From Octopus sinensis (taxonomy: Eukaryota): a stretch of DNA of 64,000 nt. Both the position numbers and the translations under genes were made by a program. The DNA lies in the NCBI RefSeq assembly GCF_006345805.1, contig NC_042997.1, forward strand, positions 143,096,001 to 143,160,000, read 5' to 3'. The notes under the pieces are model-generated. The model saw nothing but the letters and a program-made list of their open reading frames with translations, searched no databases and was not told where the DNA came from. Below, piece by piece: positions 12,301-24,439 of the stretch. Position 1 is the stretch's first letter; the number at the start of each line of letters is the position of its first letter.

Positions 12301-15300
12301 TCTGTTGTACCTGCATTTCAAGGGGCCGGCCTTGTCACTCTCTGTGTCATGCTGAATATCCCCGAGAACTACGTTAAGGGTGCACGTGTCTGTGGAGTGC
12401 TCAGCCACTTACACGTTAATTTCACGAGCAGGCTGTTCCGTTGATTCGGATCAACCGGAACCCTCATCGTCGTAACCGACGGAGTGCTTCCTCCATTATC
12501 TGATATTAACTGCAGCTGGAAAAAATTATATCCTAAACATTGTCATGTGACCAGTTTTTTACTGTTTTTTCTTTCTTTTCTTTTTACAGCTAACAGATCG
12601 CCAAGTGTTGTGGGCATCAATTGAAGTATTTATCCTTGCCTTAATATTTGTCGTCTGCCTTAGAAAAAGACAGCCCTCTTTACCACCTAATCTGGTGGCG
12701 AAGGTTTTAGATGATCTCCTTCAGACCCAACATTTTTCTCCTAATCGAAGACGTAATTCAGAATCTAATGTTAAACAGTCTTCCGTAAGCCATTGTGAAG
12801 TGGTTCGACAAAAAAGTGCAGATGACCTCAGTAAGTTCATTTAAGGTTTTTACTCTACAGAACAGGGAATCCTTTTTAACTCAACAATATTTGTAGTTTA
12901 TTTACAAGTGGGGTAACGACATTATTTCATTGAATGATTATAGAATTTTTCCTAAAGATTTCCTAAATAAGATAAATATAATCTTAAACCAGAGGTTAAA
13001 ATGGTCAGTACTGCCACCCCCACTTCCATTGGTGGGGTGGAAAAATCCAGTGAGGGGCATTAAAGTAGGGCAACAATGAATGAGGTGGCCAAAAAGGGTC
13101 GGTGGATGTAAAAGCAAACAAAATAAAGGGTTAATTAGGTTAAGTTTTATTTGGGACATACAGTTTTGAATTAGCTTCAGAAAGCGGGTGGTGGTGGTAG
13201 GGGCTAGGGCTGTGGCCTGGTTGCTGAGAGGGTAGCAGCCTGAAAAAGTATGGGAACCATTGTCTTAAATTATTCTGACCTATTTTAGTAGTATTGTCTT
13301 AGGAAAGTAAACTTTGAAGCTCAGCTGTAAATGGGTGACCCTGTGACAGAGTAGCCTTCCAATCAGTGGGGTGACATCGTTCGGAAACTAAAACAGTGCA
13401 AAGCGCATTGTGACCAGCGATGTATAACAATATTCTATAATCTGGTTGATCACATGATTTATATTCTATAAACCAAGTCAGGGATTAGCATTTCTGTCTC
13501 TTGTAAATATTAGAACTGGAATTTCTCTTTAATTGTTTATAAAATAAACAGACACATGACCTAGACCAGTGATGGGCAAACTATGGGGTGCATTGCTTTC
13601 TGAATGGCATATCTGCCAATTTTCCTTGAATGTTTTAATTGTGTGACCTGCCTGATGATGAACTGTCTCATGCAACCTGCTTCTCAAGAGGAAAATAAGT
13701 TGTCCATGTCTGAACTAGACCTTAATGATGGTTTTTTTTAAATCAAAAATTCAAATAAGATTAGTATTTTTGTAGTAATGTTGCAAAACGCAAATAATTT
13801 ATTAGTCTTATTGCAAATGTCTCTGCAGGAATTTTTGTTGTTGTTTCATTAGAATTTCCAAATTTTAAATTTCTAAGAGCCAGAGTCATGTGGATAAACC
13901 TCCAAAAACTATAGTGTGTATCTGATGAAGACGTTATTTAGTTAAAAGTACCATTAACTAAACTAAGTACCAGACAACTGTTATTTTGTTGCATCTTGCA
14001 CACACACACTGATTCTATTTCACTTCATTATTTTATTTATTATTTAGTTTACCATATAGCCTATTAACTAATCAATTTGATAAATTGTTCGGTCATTCAA
14101 TCAGTCAGCTAGATTTGTCAGTTTTTTCGTCACCATTCACCATCTCACCAATGACATGCCCGCAAACTTAGTTGATTGATTGATCAAACAATTAATCAAA
14201 TAGTTAAATGGTTAACCAATAAACAAATAAAGAAGTGTGCATGTGTTTATTATTGGTAGAATGACACTCCCGAGATACAACAAAGTTTACATAAAGAATC
14301 TTGCAAACCAAATCAAAAACTGTCAAGGCCATTCACTTAAGACATTTTATTCATTTCCTATGGTTTGTAAACAATTATTTTAGCTCAACCTGTTGTTATC
14401 CTTTCATTGCAGTTCATTCAAAAGCTGTACATATTGTGGAACCTACTACACCTTTCTTGCTTGGTCAGGTAAGTTGTCTTTTTTTATAAAACTAGAAATA
14501 TTTAAAATAAATAAAATGTTTAAATTAGAGTAACACATACTTTATTGCCATAAAATGTAAGCGAAGGAGTCTTTTTCAAAGTAACATGCTCAGTACAACT
14601 GTAACATTAAATCTGAGCATGAATTGACCCGTTCCAGGATAGCAAATTGGTGTATTAGTGTTGGATGAGTTACCTGTTCTAGTCCTTTGTATTCTGATAG
14701 TAACACCTGTACCAACACTGGCAGCAAGCTGTATTGGCCTTGAAGCACAGCCTTTTCCTTGGACAACAATTGGTAGTATGAAGGGAGGTGGTTTGCATGC
14801 ATGAACAACTGCCAGTCTTCCATAAAAAGAACTTGCCTCGGCTAGAAATAGCTACCAAATCTCACCCAAATTACAATTACAAAAAAGGACTCGTTGGAAA
14901 TAAGTAGTTCCATTTCCTAGATGGAAAAAAACAGACATGGTTGTAACTGATCCTACTGGATCGTGGTTGACTTAGGGCTAAACAAACAACAATCAAAAGA
15001 AGATGGTCATAAAAAAAGGCATATATAGAATGCCTGCTTAACCAACATATTTCAGAAAGGTTGTTTCAAATAATTACTGGAACATTCAATGAATGTAACT
15101 TGTAGTTATTTAAGTGAGCTTCTTAACCACACAGCTGAGTATTTTTGTTGCTTGAGTCAAATAGCCCAACAATTTAGTTTTCCCACGATACTGGGTTTGG
15201 AGCTATGGGGGTGATTAAGAAAAGTATTTAACTCTTTAGCATTTTAATTACTCTCTCAAATGCAATTTTTTTTTGTTCACATTGTTTTGAATTAATCATA

Positions 15301-16365
15301 CATTATCTTATGTCTTTGAGATTTTGATGTAATAATTTATTTTTACAATGACAGGGTAGAGTTAGTGTGAGAGACCAGATCTAGTCAGTTTGAACATAAA
15401 ACTAGTAAAATATTTTGGCTGGATATGGGCTGGTTTAAATGCAAAAGAGTTAGAAAAAGAATATTTTGAATAGTTGGTGGTTGAGGTGTTGATTGTGATA
15501 ATGAAATTCATTTTTCTCTTTTGTTTTTTTTTCATTCTTTTTCTCGCAGACGAAAGAAGGCAACAAAAAACGGAAGAAAAAGAAAAACCGATCAGTTGAT
15601 TTAAAAATGAGTAGTAGTAGTAAGGAAGGTCTTCCTAAAGAGAAGAGTGTTTCAACGACTCAACTGAATAGCGCTGGACTGTTATTCATGGGGCAACCAG
15701 TAGAAAGCAGCAGTTCTCCTGCCAGAGAAGTTATACATTACAAACAAATTAGGGAACGTGTGGAAGGGGAATCGGGGACTTCGGTTGGCAGTGTGTGTAG
15801 TAGTAATAGTAGTAGTAGTAATAATAATACTGGTGCGTATAGTATTGCAAGAGTAAAAGAGTGCAGTCATGATACAAATATTCGCATTTCATGCAGTAAG
15901 AGTGATCCAGACTTATATACAAGTGAAAACTCTGCGACAGCATTGTGTTGTTCTACTCATCTCTCAAATCATTCTACACCTCTTCCATCCACACAAACAT
16001 CTTTTTCTCTCCCTTCTTCTACTTCAAAAGTTCCACTCATGTGTTCAATCCCAAAGTCTTTCTCTTCTTCTTTGCCTGCTTCGGTGCCGGCAACACCATC
16101 AGCAGAACAATGTCAAATCTTCAACAGCACAAACAGTTTACTGAGAACAAACTTGATAACATATCCTATCAAACAGTCGTCCAGCCTTTCAGATCCTATA
16201 GTTGCTGGCAGTACTGGGCTGGTTAAAACAGTAACGGGAACACATTCCACTACATTCAGAAACAAATACAGATCTTTAGACGTTGGACAAAAAAATTCTT
16301 CAGAAAGAAAGAATGTTAATCGATGCCGCACTCAAGTTCCGTGTGACGGCTTCAGAAAGTTCTGA
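230..16365 (+). CDS. SUCO: SUN domain-containing ossification factor (SUCO/C1orf9/Osteopotentia, Slp1-like), 3' portion. join(230..314,1496..1593,2065..3328,9308..9419,10976..11080,12590..12830,14413..14468,15550..16365)
   Basis: All introns are GT-AG with matching phases (start 1; then 2,1,2,0,0,1,0). Spliced protein contains [39 protein letters not shown], the SUCO coiled-coil signature (human [40 protein letters not shown], from memory). This is followed by a TM helix (VLWASIEVFILALIFVVCL), HIVEP and a polybasic KKRKKKKK. The SUN domain itself lies upstream of the window. Confidence 0.93.
389..762 (-). mobile_element. tRNA-head SINE, abundant family
   Basis: Head GGAGCAGGCATGGCTGTGTGGTTAAG on the - strand; body repeated at 1655-2005, 17780-18150, 20955-21300, 25819-26310 (+) and 57290-57655. 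Confidence 0.8.
1496..1593 (+). CDS. SUCO: SUCO exon (VNASTTTKAIEPSS...SQIP)
   Basis: ttttgcag|G acceptor, CAG|gtaaga donor, open frame, phases 2 and 1. Confidence 0.85.
2065..3328 (+). CDS. SUCO: SUCO large Ser/Thr-rich exon ending at the start of the coiled coil (…[19 protein letters not shown])
   Basis: ORF 2157..3332 extends upstream to the ttccag acceptor; AG|gtaagt donor. Confidence 0.95.
4128..4361 (-). mobile_element. Second SINE family (head TAAGGTGGCGAGCTGGCAGAA…)
   Basis: Homologous copies at ~1100-1299, 10685-10925, 25230-25573 and 61420-61580 (+). Confidence 0.75.
4582..7902. repeat. Tandem array of ~360-bp monomer, 9 full copies plus a partial one
   Basis: Monomer starts at 4582, 4944, 5286, 5648, 6013, 6373, 6734, 7099, 7464 and 7829; near-identical copies, each with an internal (TAT)n tract. 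Confidence 0.98.
7981..8295. repeat. 158-bp tandem duplication
   Basis: CACCATTATAGGTGTC…TTTCTGCACCCCC at 7981 and 8139, one substitution seen. Confidence 0.95.
8298..8540 (+). mobile_element. 5'-truncated retroposon 3' tail ending in (GAT)n
   Basis: …GGTTGGCGTTAGGAAGGGCATCCAGCTGTAGAAAC…GGACGTTAAAC(GAT)6; older copies at 16890-17045 and 10060-10135; CpG-rich, so probably young. Confidence 0.8.
9308..9419 (+). CDS. SUCO: SUCO exon ([37 protein letters not shown])
   Basis: Conserved ELSQRYRKQ motif; ctggcag acceptor, gttggt donor. Confidence 0.95.
9810..10054 (-). mobile_element. SINE body and tail (same family as 12107-12494)
   Basis: Reverse complement aligns by eye with 12252-12487. Confidence 0.85.
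10976..11080 (+). CDS. SUCO: SUCO coiled-coil exon, 35 codons
   Basis: ttcag|GTT…CAG|gtaatt, phase 0-0, heptad-spaced Leu. Confidence 0.9.
12107..12494 (+). mobile_element. Young full-length tRNA-derived SINE with TSD
   Basis: A box TGGCCCAGTGG, B-box-like GTTTCAATTCC, perfect 11-bp TSD ATTATCTGATA (12096-12106 and 12495-12505). Confidence 0.9.
12590..12830 (+). CDS. SUCO: SUCO transmembrane exon (LTDRQVLWASIEVFILALIFVVCLRKRQ…)
   Basis: Long pyrimidine tract then ttacag; DRQ followed by a hydrophobic helix and a basic stop-transfer; A|gtaagt donor. Confidence 0.93.
13567..13712. mobile_element. hAT-type MITE
   Basis: CAGTGATGGGCAAACT … AGTTGTCCATGTCTG imperfect TIRs; TSD ACCTAGAC / AACTAGAC (7/8). 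Confidence 0.6.
14413..14468 (+). CDS. SUCO: SUCO small exon ((I)HSKAVHIVEPTTPFLLGQ)
   Basis: cattgcag acceptor, CAG|gtaagt donor, phase 1 to 0, IVEP motif. Confidence 0.85.
15232..15449. mobile_element. piggyBac-type MITE (degenerate copy)
   Basis: Reverse-oriented homologue of 23860-24070. Confidence 0.7.
15550..16365 (+). CDS. SUCO: SUCO last coding exon (TKEGNKKRKKKKKNR… Ser-rich tail to TGA)
   Basis: ttctcgcag acceptor in frame with ORF 15607..16365. AATAAA at 16519-16524 is a candidate poly(A) signal. Confidence 0.9.
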   Translation, partial: TKEGNKKRKKKKNRSVDLKMSSSSKEGLPKEKSVSTTQLNSAGLLFMGQPVESSSSPAREVIHYKQIRERVEGESGTSVGSVCSSNSSSSNNNTGAYSIARVKECSHDTNIRISCSKSDPDLYTSENSATALCCSTHLSNHSTPLPSTQTSFSLPSSTSKVPLMCSIPKSFSSSLPASVPATPSAEQCQIFNSTNSLLRTNLITYPIKQSSSLSDPIVAGSTGLVKTVTGTHSTTFRNKYRSLDVGQKNSSERKNVNRCRTQVPCDGFRKF

Positions 16366-16654
16366 AGTGTGACTCTGTTCCCAGACTCCCATGGGGTTTA
16401 CTATTTCTACTAAACACTATTATTATTATTACTCAATACATAAACATTAAAATTTGCTCTCTGCTGTTTCAGTTTTTTTTTAACCTTTTTCTTATTGCTT
16501 TCTATTAAGATTAACTTTAATAAATTATTTTTTTAAATTCAAGGTGAATGCTAAAAACATGATTCACCTTATTACAAAACACTCCAAAGTTTTCAGCTTT
16601 TGTTGTCTGGATTTATGGGATCAAATCTCATCTTCTGGTCCAGTAAAATTCTTA

Positions 16655-16691
<37 letters not shown>

Positions 16692-19600
16692 TCTTCCATC
16701 ATCTTCAGTTTCCGTACCTCTTTTTATACATGTGTGTATGCATTGTCACTATTACTCCATGGTCAGCTGGTTAGCAATAAGAATGACTGTGATAGCTCGG
16801 GAAAGTGTCTTTTATCATCTTGTGTTGACCCAATGCCTTGTGATGGAAACTGTATAGCAGCTATGTAGGTATGTATGTGCCCTTTGTAACGCCAACCACT
16901 CACTGCTGGGTGGTTGGTGTTAGGAAAGGCATTCGGCTGTAAAAACCATACCCAAAACAGACACAGAAGTCTTCTGCCTGGTCAGCTCCTGTTAAACCAT
17001 CCAACCCATGCCAGCATTGAAGGTGGATGCTAAACGATGATGATGAAAGATATAAAAATACACACATACCTATGTATATATTTTGTGAATTTAATGTCTA
17101 TTTCTCTCATACTAGGTTAGGTTGGACAAGAACACTTTTGAAGCAGGAATTCCCAGCCAGGTGCTATTCCTGTCATCAACATTTACCTGTGTGTCAAACA
17201 GGCTTTTTTTTTTATTCCACAGGTCTTTAAAAATGCAGAATGATCAGTCATATCAACAAGGAATGTACACATATCGTTATTTTGCTTAAATGAAGCTGTA
17301 GAACATCGACATTCATGTGCTTGCACACACACACACACAGTGTATCTGTAAAGTAATGGTGAGATTTCAAAACTGTTGATGTAACTGTATGAATTATGTA
17401 GTGTTACCAGTTACATTAATAAATGGTTTAGAAATCTCCACCATGATTTTACAGACACTATATATATATATCATCATCATCATCATCGTTTAGCGTCCGT
17501 TTTCCATGCTAGCATGGGTTACAATTTGCCTTACAAATTCACTCACAAGTCATCAGTTTAGTAGAGAACTTGTGCCGTGCCATACAGCAGGGGAAAACCC
17601 AAAACCATGTGGCTACAAAGTGAACTACTTAACATACGATCATGCCTCTGTGTAACAGAACAAACAGAAGAGTAGAACTCAATAAGAATATATGATTTAT
17701 TGGCTGTAAGATCATGTAGAAAACTCAAGGACCAACAGTTTTGTATGCCCCTACCTTCATGTTTTTTTATGCTTTTACACATTTCAGTCATGACTGTGGA
17801 CATGCTGGAGCACTGCCTTAAGGGGTTTTAGTCAAAGAAATCGACCCCAACCAGGAATTAGTCTTTGTAAGCTTAGTACTTATTCTATCAGTCTTTTTTG
17901 CCAAACTGCTAAGTTACAGAGACATAGACAAACCAACATCGGTTGTCAAGCAATGGCAGGGGGGGACAAACAAAGATACACACACATGAATATATATGAT
18001 GGGCTTCTTTCAGTTTCCATTTACCAAATTCACTCACAAGGTTTTTCTCAACCTGAGGCTATAGTAGAAGACGGTTGCCCAAAGTGCCACACAATAGGAC
18101 TAAAACCTGAACCATGTGGTTGGGAAGCAAGCTTCTTATCACACAGCTACATGCTCACGACTTGTGTCACTGCTCAAAAGATCTCAATGAAAACAATATG
18201 TCCTGAAACTCAATGGGTTTGTTGGTTTCCAGTGAAAACTAATAGAATAAAAATAACATGTATGAGTTGGTGATAGGAAAGGTTCAACCCATTCCAGTGT
18301 GGAAAAGGAAGACATAAATGTTAATGACAATTAACTGGTACTCCATTAGTTACAACAATGAGGAATCCAAATGATCCAGTCAACAGGACCGACTGCCCAT
18401 GAAATTCATGTAAGTGACTGAACACTCCACAGACACTCAAACCCTTGATGTAGTTCTCAAGGAGATTCAGTGTGACATAGAATATATGGTTGGCCCTTTG
18501 AATTACCAGTCCTACTTATTTTTGCCATCTGAGCGGACTGGAGCAATGTGAAATAAAGTGCCTTGCTCAAGGACACAATGTGCTGCCAAGTATTGAACTC
18601 ATGACTGGATGATTGTGAGCTGACTACGCTAACCACTTAGCCACATGCCTTCACAATAACGATAGGCAAAAACACAATTGTTTAACATCTAACCTATATA
18701 TTACTATTTGACATCCAATTTTTTGCATGACTAAAATTGTTTAATTAATGGAACAGTTGTTTTTACAGCTAGATGCTCTTGCATGCCAAAATACATTGAG
18801 TCTGCCCTGTAAAGTGGTTAATGTTACAAAATGTGTCTAGCAGTACTAGCAGCACCACCCTAAGGAAGCTGCAGCACAGACAGGTGGAGCAGTAACTCTT
18901 GAGTAGAAATTGAAACAATAGAGTATTCTAGTCCTGTTTGTGACAGGACTAGAGTACTCTAGCTGCTAACGCTCCCAGTCAGTGCTGTTGAGTTATGAAA
19001 GGAAGGGCATAATCTTCAAAACCATGACATGCCGTAACAAGCTGGTGAGATACTGTAAATCTTTAACCAACCCATTCAAGCATGGAGAAGAAAAGATGTA
19101 ATAAATTAGGTTGCTGTTACCTTGAAGCAAATATTGATCTTGTTTATGTTCTTTGAGGTATTCAGGAACAAGTAAAGCCACCACACACATAAAAAACAAA
19201 TACAGTTTATTTGGATTATGACTGAATTTTATTCTTATCTTGAAATGAGTAATCATCATCATTTAATGTTGCTTGGTCACCTGGACTACCTGCTCATTGA
19301 ATTAACCCGTAAGTGGCTGAGTATTCCACTGACAAGTGTACCATGACTGTAATCCTCAGGTAGAAACAGCATGATTTACTTTTGAATTACAGTTACAATC
19401 CATTCAACAGGCTTCTGCAGTTTCCTTTGACCCAGTTTCACTTGCAAGGCTTTGTGTCAACCTTAAGGCATTGTAAAACACTTAGTAACCATTTAGCCAT
19501 GCTGCATCCTACAAAATCATCATTTAATGTTCACTTTTCCATGTTTGTATGGGTCAGACGGAATTTATTGAGGCACATTTTCTACACCTGGGATGCTCTT

Positions 19601-20380
19601 CCTGTTGCCAACCCTTCGCCTGCTTCCAAGTTTTTCCTTGGAAGACTGAAAATAAACATGACTTGTATAACTAATGCTCATTACAACCATCAAATGATGT
19701 CAGGACCTGGGTGCACATACACATGCATGCAATGAGTTTCTTTCAATTTCCATCTCCGAAATCCACTTACAAAGCTTTGGTTGTCCTGGGAATATTGTAG
19801 AAGACACTTGCCCAAAGTGCATGCTGTAGAACTGAACTCTAGACCACATGATTGTAAAATAAGCTTTTGGACCACACAGTCATGTCTGCACTTTTGTTGG
19901 TTAATTTTACCTTTTCTTGGATATCCAATCTTTGTCCTCTGGAGGACAGGAGTACCACAATATCCCTCCTTTCCAAGTTCCAAGATTTTCTCAATAGATT
20001 GTCTTTTTCTTTCACTAGTTTTAATCATTAGGCTTTTTTCCCCCCCCCCTCTTGAACTGTTGACCTTTGCAGGCCCTTTCAAGAGATGGATGCAGTTGAA
20101 TGACTGCAGGAAAAACACAAGCAAGAAGGAAATTCAGAATTAAGGAGTTCAGGATGAATGGGCACCTTCTGGTTGCCGTGAAATCCTTATACGAATGCCC
20201 AAATGGTGCTGAGTTGAAACCTTTCTAAGTGGGTGACAGACTTCAGCAGGGGAGTGCATACTGTCACCACCCCTTTTCATAATTTTTATGAACTGGATTG
20301 GCTTGCACAGCCATTGTGGAAATGATATCACTATTGGTGGATGTAGGCAGACCAAGATTGAGATGGTTGGATTAAAGACA

Positions 20381-20930
20381 GAAAAGTATGAGACAGAATT
20401 TTAAGTTAGAAAACAGAAGATGAGTGTTACTCGGCATTAAAAGCATCAGTTGATGAGCTGCATTGGTGTAAGCAATAAATAGAGTAAACACTGATAATGG
20501 AGGGTGTCTGTGAAAAAAGAAGACATAGGAAGTGTCAGATGAAATCTCACATATTGTACAAGAACTCTGGCAGAACTAACCAGTACAGAAAAGTAAATGT
20601 TACAGATCGTTCTCAAAGAGCTAAGTACACAAATGCTTCAAGTCACAGCCTTATGGAATATTTATGTCTTTACATGCAATCTTTTCACTCATTTTAAAGA
20701 ATATTGTTTAGCTCCAAACAGACCCGTAATCAAAAATACTTGTCATGATCATCTTTCAGACAAATTGCATGTTGGGTTTCATGGTCTCTGTCTTTCCCTT
20801 TTGAAAACAGGCTGCATTTGAAAGGTATTTAAATGCTATACTTCTTAGGAAGTGCTTGTTTTTTTTCAGTCCTATAATTTAAAATTACTTGTATTTATCC
20901 AGAAGCCTGCTATAATTTACCACCAACCCT
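20381..20930. repeat. ~550-bp duplicated segment, copy 1
   Basis: Near-identical direct copy at 29070-29633. Confidence 0.95.
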
Positions 20931-22337
20931 CCTAGGAATAGTGGACAGACACTTCTTTTACTTGTTTCAGTCATTTGACTGTGGCCATGCTGGAGCACTG
21001 TCTTTAGTTGAAGAATTCGACCCCAGAACCTAGTCTCTTGTGCAGAGTTACTGGGATGCAAACACACCAACATTGGTTATCAAGCAATGGTGGGTGGGGA
21101 GACAAACACAGACACACAAATACATACATATATATAAATACGATGGACTTCTTTTCAGTTCCCGTCTATCAAATCCACTCACAAAGCTTTGCTCAGTCCA
21201 AGCTTATAGAAGACACTTGCCCAAGGTGCGGTTCAGTGAGACTGAACCCGGGACCATGTGGTTGGGACACAAGCTTCTTGCCACACAGCCACTCCTATAC
21301 CTATAGATGGATTAATTTTTTTGTTTGGGCTCAAGTAAGGCCAAAAGGCCACATCTTAGAGACTTGAGCTGACCAATGCCTTGTAAGTGAAATTTAAAGG
21401 ATGAATATATTTAACAGTTCTTAGGAAACTTGCTCCCTAACCAGGAGGACTAGGTTCAGTTCCACTGGGAAGCACCTTGAGTAAGTGTCTTCTACTATAG
21501 CCCTGGGCTAACCAAAGCCTTGTGAATGGATTTGGTAGATGGAAACTGAAAGGAGCCAATTGTGTGTGTGTTTGTATGTACATATGAATGTATCTTTTGT
21601 ACATGTGTGCATGCCCTTGTCTAGATATCACATGATGGTTGTAAATGAACATTATTTTGCAAGCGTGGTTGTTAGCTTCCAATCTTCTGGGAAAAACATG
21701 CTTAGCTATGTGAAACAGGTGAGGGTTGGTGACAGGAAAGGCATCCAGTTGTAGAAAATCTGCCTCAATAAATTCTGCCGGATCCATGCAAGCATGGAAA
21801 TGTGGACGTTAAATAATAAACATGCCAACTGGGACGTGTTACCAAGGAATTAAGAACTCAGTAGACGGTCTCACATTAAACCCATATACTCTATATGCTA
21901 TGAATTCAAACATCATTGGAGGGTGGGTAAAAGTGCAGAGCCTGAACCACATCGTAAAATAATAAGTGCAGAAATACGAAGGAAATGAGCTGCCAGACTA
22001 TTGCAACACTTCTATTAAAGCATAAGAATATCATTAACATTTTCTGCATTTCTAATCTTATGTATGATGAACTCTCCCATTGGTCTTGACGTATGAGAAT
22101 CTGACAACCTACTCTTTCTTAGTCAGTCACAATACTTATATCAAATGTGACATTCAAGTCCTGCCAGTGATTTGCAAAGCCCACAGATGCTGCAAGTACG
22201 AAGTTGATCCTGTCTCCACCTCATAACCCAACAAATTTTTCTTGGATTTTCTACACCTACACTTCAGCTGCATCTCTCCTACCCATGGATTACACTGGAC
22301 TCTTCCGTTGATGAGGATTTATGTATGTGTGTATATA

Positions 22338-22552
22338 CACAAGGGGGTACTGAAAAGTTCCTGGCTTTAAGGGTATCATGAAGAGCCTGGTTGGAGGCCC
22401 AACCTTCTGAGTTCTTTTACAGAGCTTAGAAAAACTGAAGGACTGCTGGAATGTGTGTGTGAATCTGAGAGAGGAATATATTGAATAAGTTAATTATCTG
22501 ATCCTCCTGTATTTTCTTTTACTCAAAGCCAGGAACTTTTCAACACCCACGT
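22338..22552. mobile_element. mariner-type MITE
   Basis: TIRs GGGGGTACTGAAAAGTTCCTGGCTTT and AAAGCCAGGAACTTTTCAACACCC. Confidence 0.75.
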
Positions 22553-22652
22553 CATGTACACATACACGTGGGTTGGCTGAAAAGTTCATCCTGTATTTTC
22601 TTTTACCCAAAGCCAGGAACTTTTCAACACCCATATCATGTACACACACACA

Positions 22653-23628
22653 TGGGTTGGCTGAAAAGTTCACAGGCCAACCAAGCTTACTCTCATGGAA
22701 TGTGACCAAATGAAATTTATTTTTCAACATAGTCCCCCTTGTGGTCCACACTTCCATCAGTGTTGCAGTGCTTGGATCCCATTGGTGAAGAAACTTTCGT
22801 CCTGTTGGTCAAAAATGTCATCAACAGTAGGTATGATGTCATTGATCATCACTGTGATACTGGTTCCCAGCCGAATAGGGAGGATGATCAACCAGTTCAA
22901 TAAACACAATGCCTTTAAAAAAACTGAGACCATCACCTTCTCTTCAGATGAAAGAACCTTGGCATTCATTGGAGCAGGTAAGGAGGGATGTTTCCAATGC
23001 ATGGATTGTCTTTTTGTCTGACTCAAAGTGACGAAGCCTACACTCATCCTGAGTTACGAAATGCTCAAGGAAGCCAGCTGGATCCGCCTCAAACAATGTC
23101 AGATTTTGCAGTGATTTAATCAGCCTAGTGCACTTTTGGTCAGATGTCAGGAGCGGAAACCTTCATCATGCCAAGAACTTCCCACATGGGATGTGCTAAT
23201 GGCATTGGCTATTTGATTTATAGTCAGTTGCCTGTCATCCATCACCATGTGCTGAACACAATGTTTTCTTCAGTAGTGGCAGTCGCAGGATGTTCAGACT
23301 TGGGTCACCTTCAATACTCCCTTCCCTTCCTAAATTCAGCTTTTGCACTGTTGGTAAAGCTGGAGCATACTCCCCTAATGTAGCAACCATACCAGCATGA
23401 ATATCCTTGGGGGTTACACCCTTTTACTGCAGGTACAACACCATTATCCCAAATTTTGTCTATTTTCAAGAAGTCGCAACTAGTTACTTTTGAAGTCTTT
23501 TTTGAACAATATTATATCAGTTTACCTGAAAAGAAACAATGAAATTATTAATAAGAAGGATTGAAATTAATGCATGCAGGATTTCACAGCTCTAACAACT
23601 ATCATTCCTTCATAGTCAGCCCACCATC

Positions 23629-23630
<2 letters not shown>
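22653..23630 (-). pseudogene. Decayed, internally deleted mariner transposase A
   Basis: Minus-strand peptides KRQSMHWKHPSLPAP…KVMVSVF and DDIFDQQDESFFTNGIQALQH; N-terminal HTH remnants (…KDIHAGMVATLGE…); TIR GTGGGTTGGCTGAAAAGTT. Confidence 0.85.
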
Positions 23631-23696
<66 letters not shown>

Positions 23697-23859
23697 CAAT
23701 ATATGTGTGAGTTTCTGTACTGATACTGCTTCAACAGGAGCGAACTGGAAAAAATAATTAATCTTCAATATTACAAATTCTTTGTTATGCACTTGATCAC
23801 ACTAAACAACATTAATTAACCTATAAAATTAATTAATTCACGTAATTATAATGTTTTAA

Positions 23860-24070
23860 CCCTTTAGCATTTCAGCCAGCCATATCCGGCCAAAATGTTT
23901 TATGTTCAAATTGGCCAGATCTAGCTTCTCACACCTGTCCTACAATGTCATTCTAAAAATATACAATTACATCATCAAAATGTCTTAGCTACAAGATGAT
24001 GCATGATTAAATCAAAACAATGAGGATTAATTAGCATTACATTTGACAGAATAATCTGAATGCTAAAGGG
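23860..24070. mobile_element. piggyBac-type MITE
   Basis: TTAA on both sides; perfect 12-bp TIR CCCTTTAGCATT / AATGCTAAAGGG. Confidence 0.9.
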
Positions 24071-24439
24071 TTAAATCTGAAACACTAAAAGATGTTACAG
24101 AATATAAAGTTTTAAATTTCATGAAACTTCTTACCTTGAATACTCTTAATGAGAAGCTTAGCTCTGATTTTTTTTGGAAAATTCTGAGACATTACACAGG
24201 ATTGATAATGTTGATGTTAGAATTCATATCTGGTTTGCAAGATAAACATTTTAAGTTTTACCATGCAGATGGTCCTTAATTAAATTTAATGTTAAAGAGA
24301 TCTGATTAATTGCAAAGTAGTAGAAAACAGGGTCACAATTTTCAATGTGTGATTCTTCAAAAATGAAAAGTTACCTACATTAGGTTGGAAAGTCCTGTCA
24401 TATTTCAAGATGGTAAAGAAACAAAAGCGTCTTTGGCTT

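Noticed and set aside
20450-20496. C/D snoRNA-like TTGATGA…CTGA in the duplicated segment
   Set aside because: Too short, no terminal stem, not in an intron.
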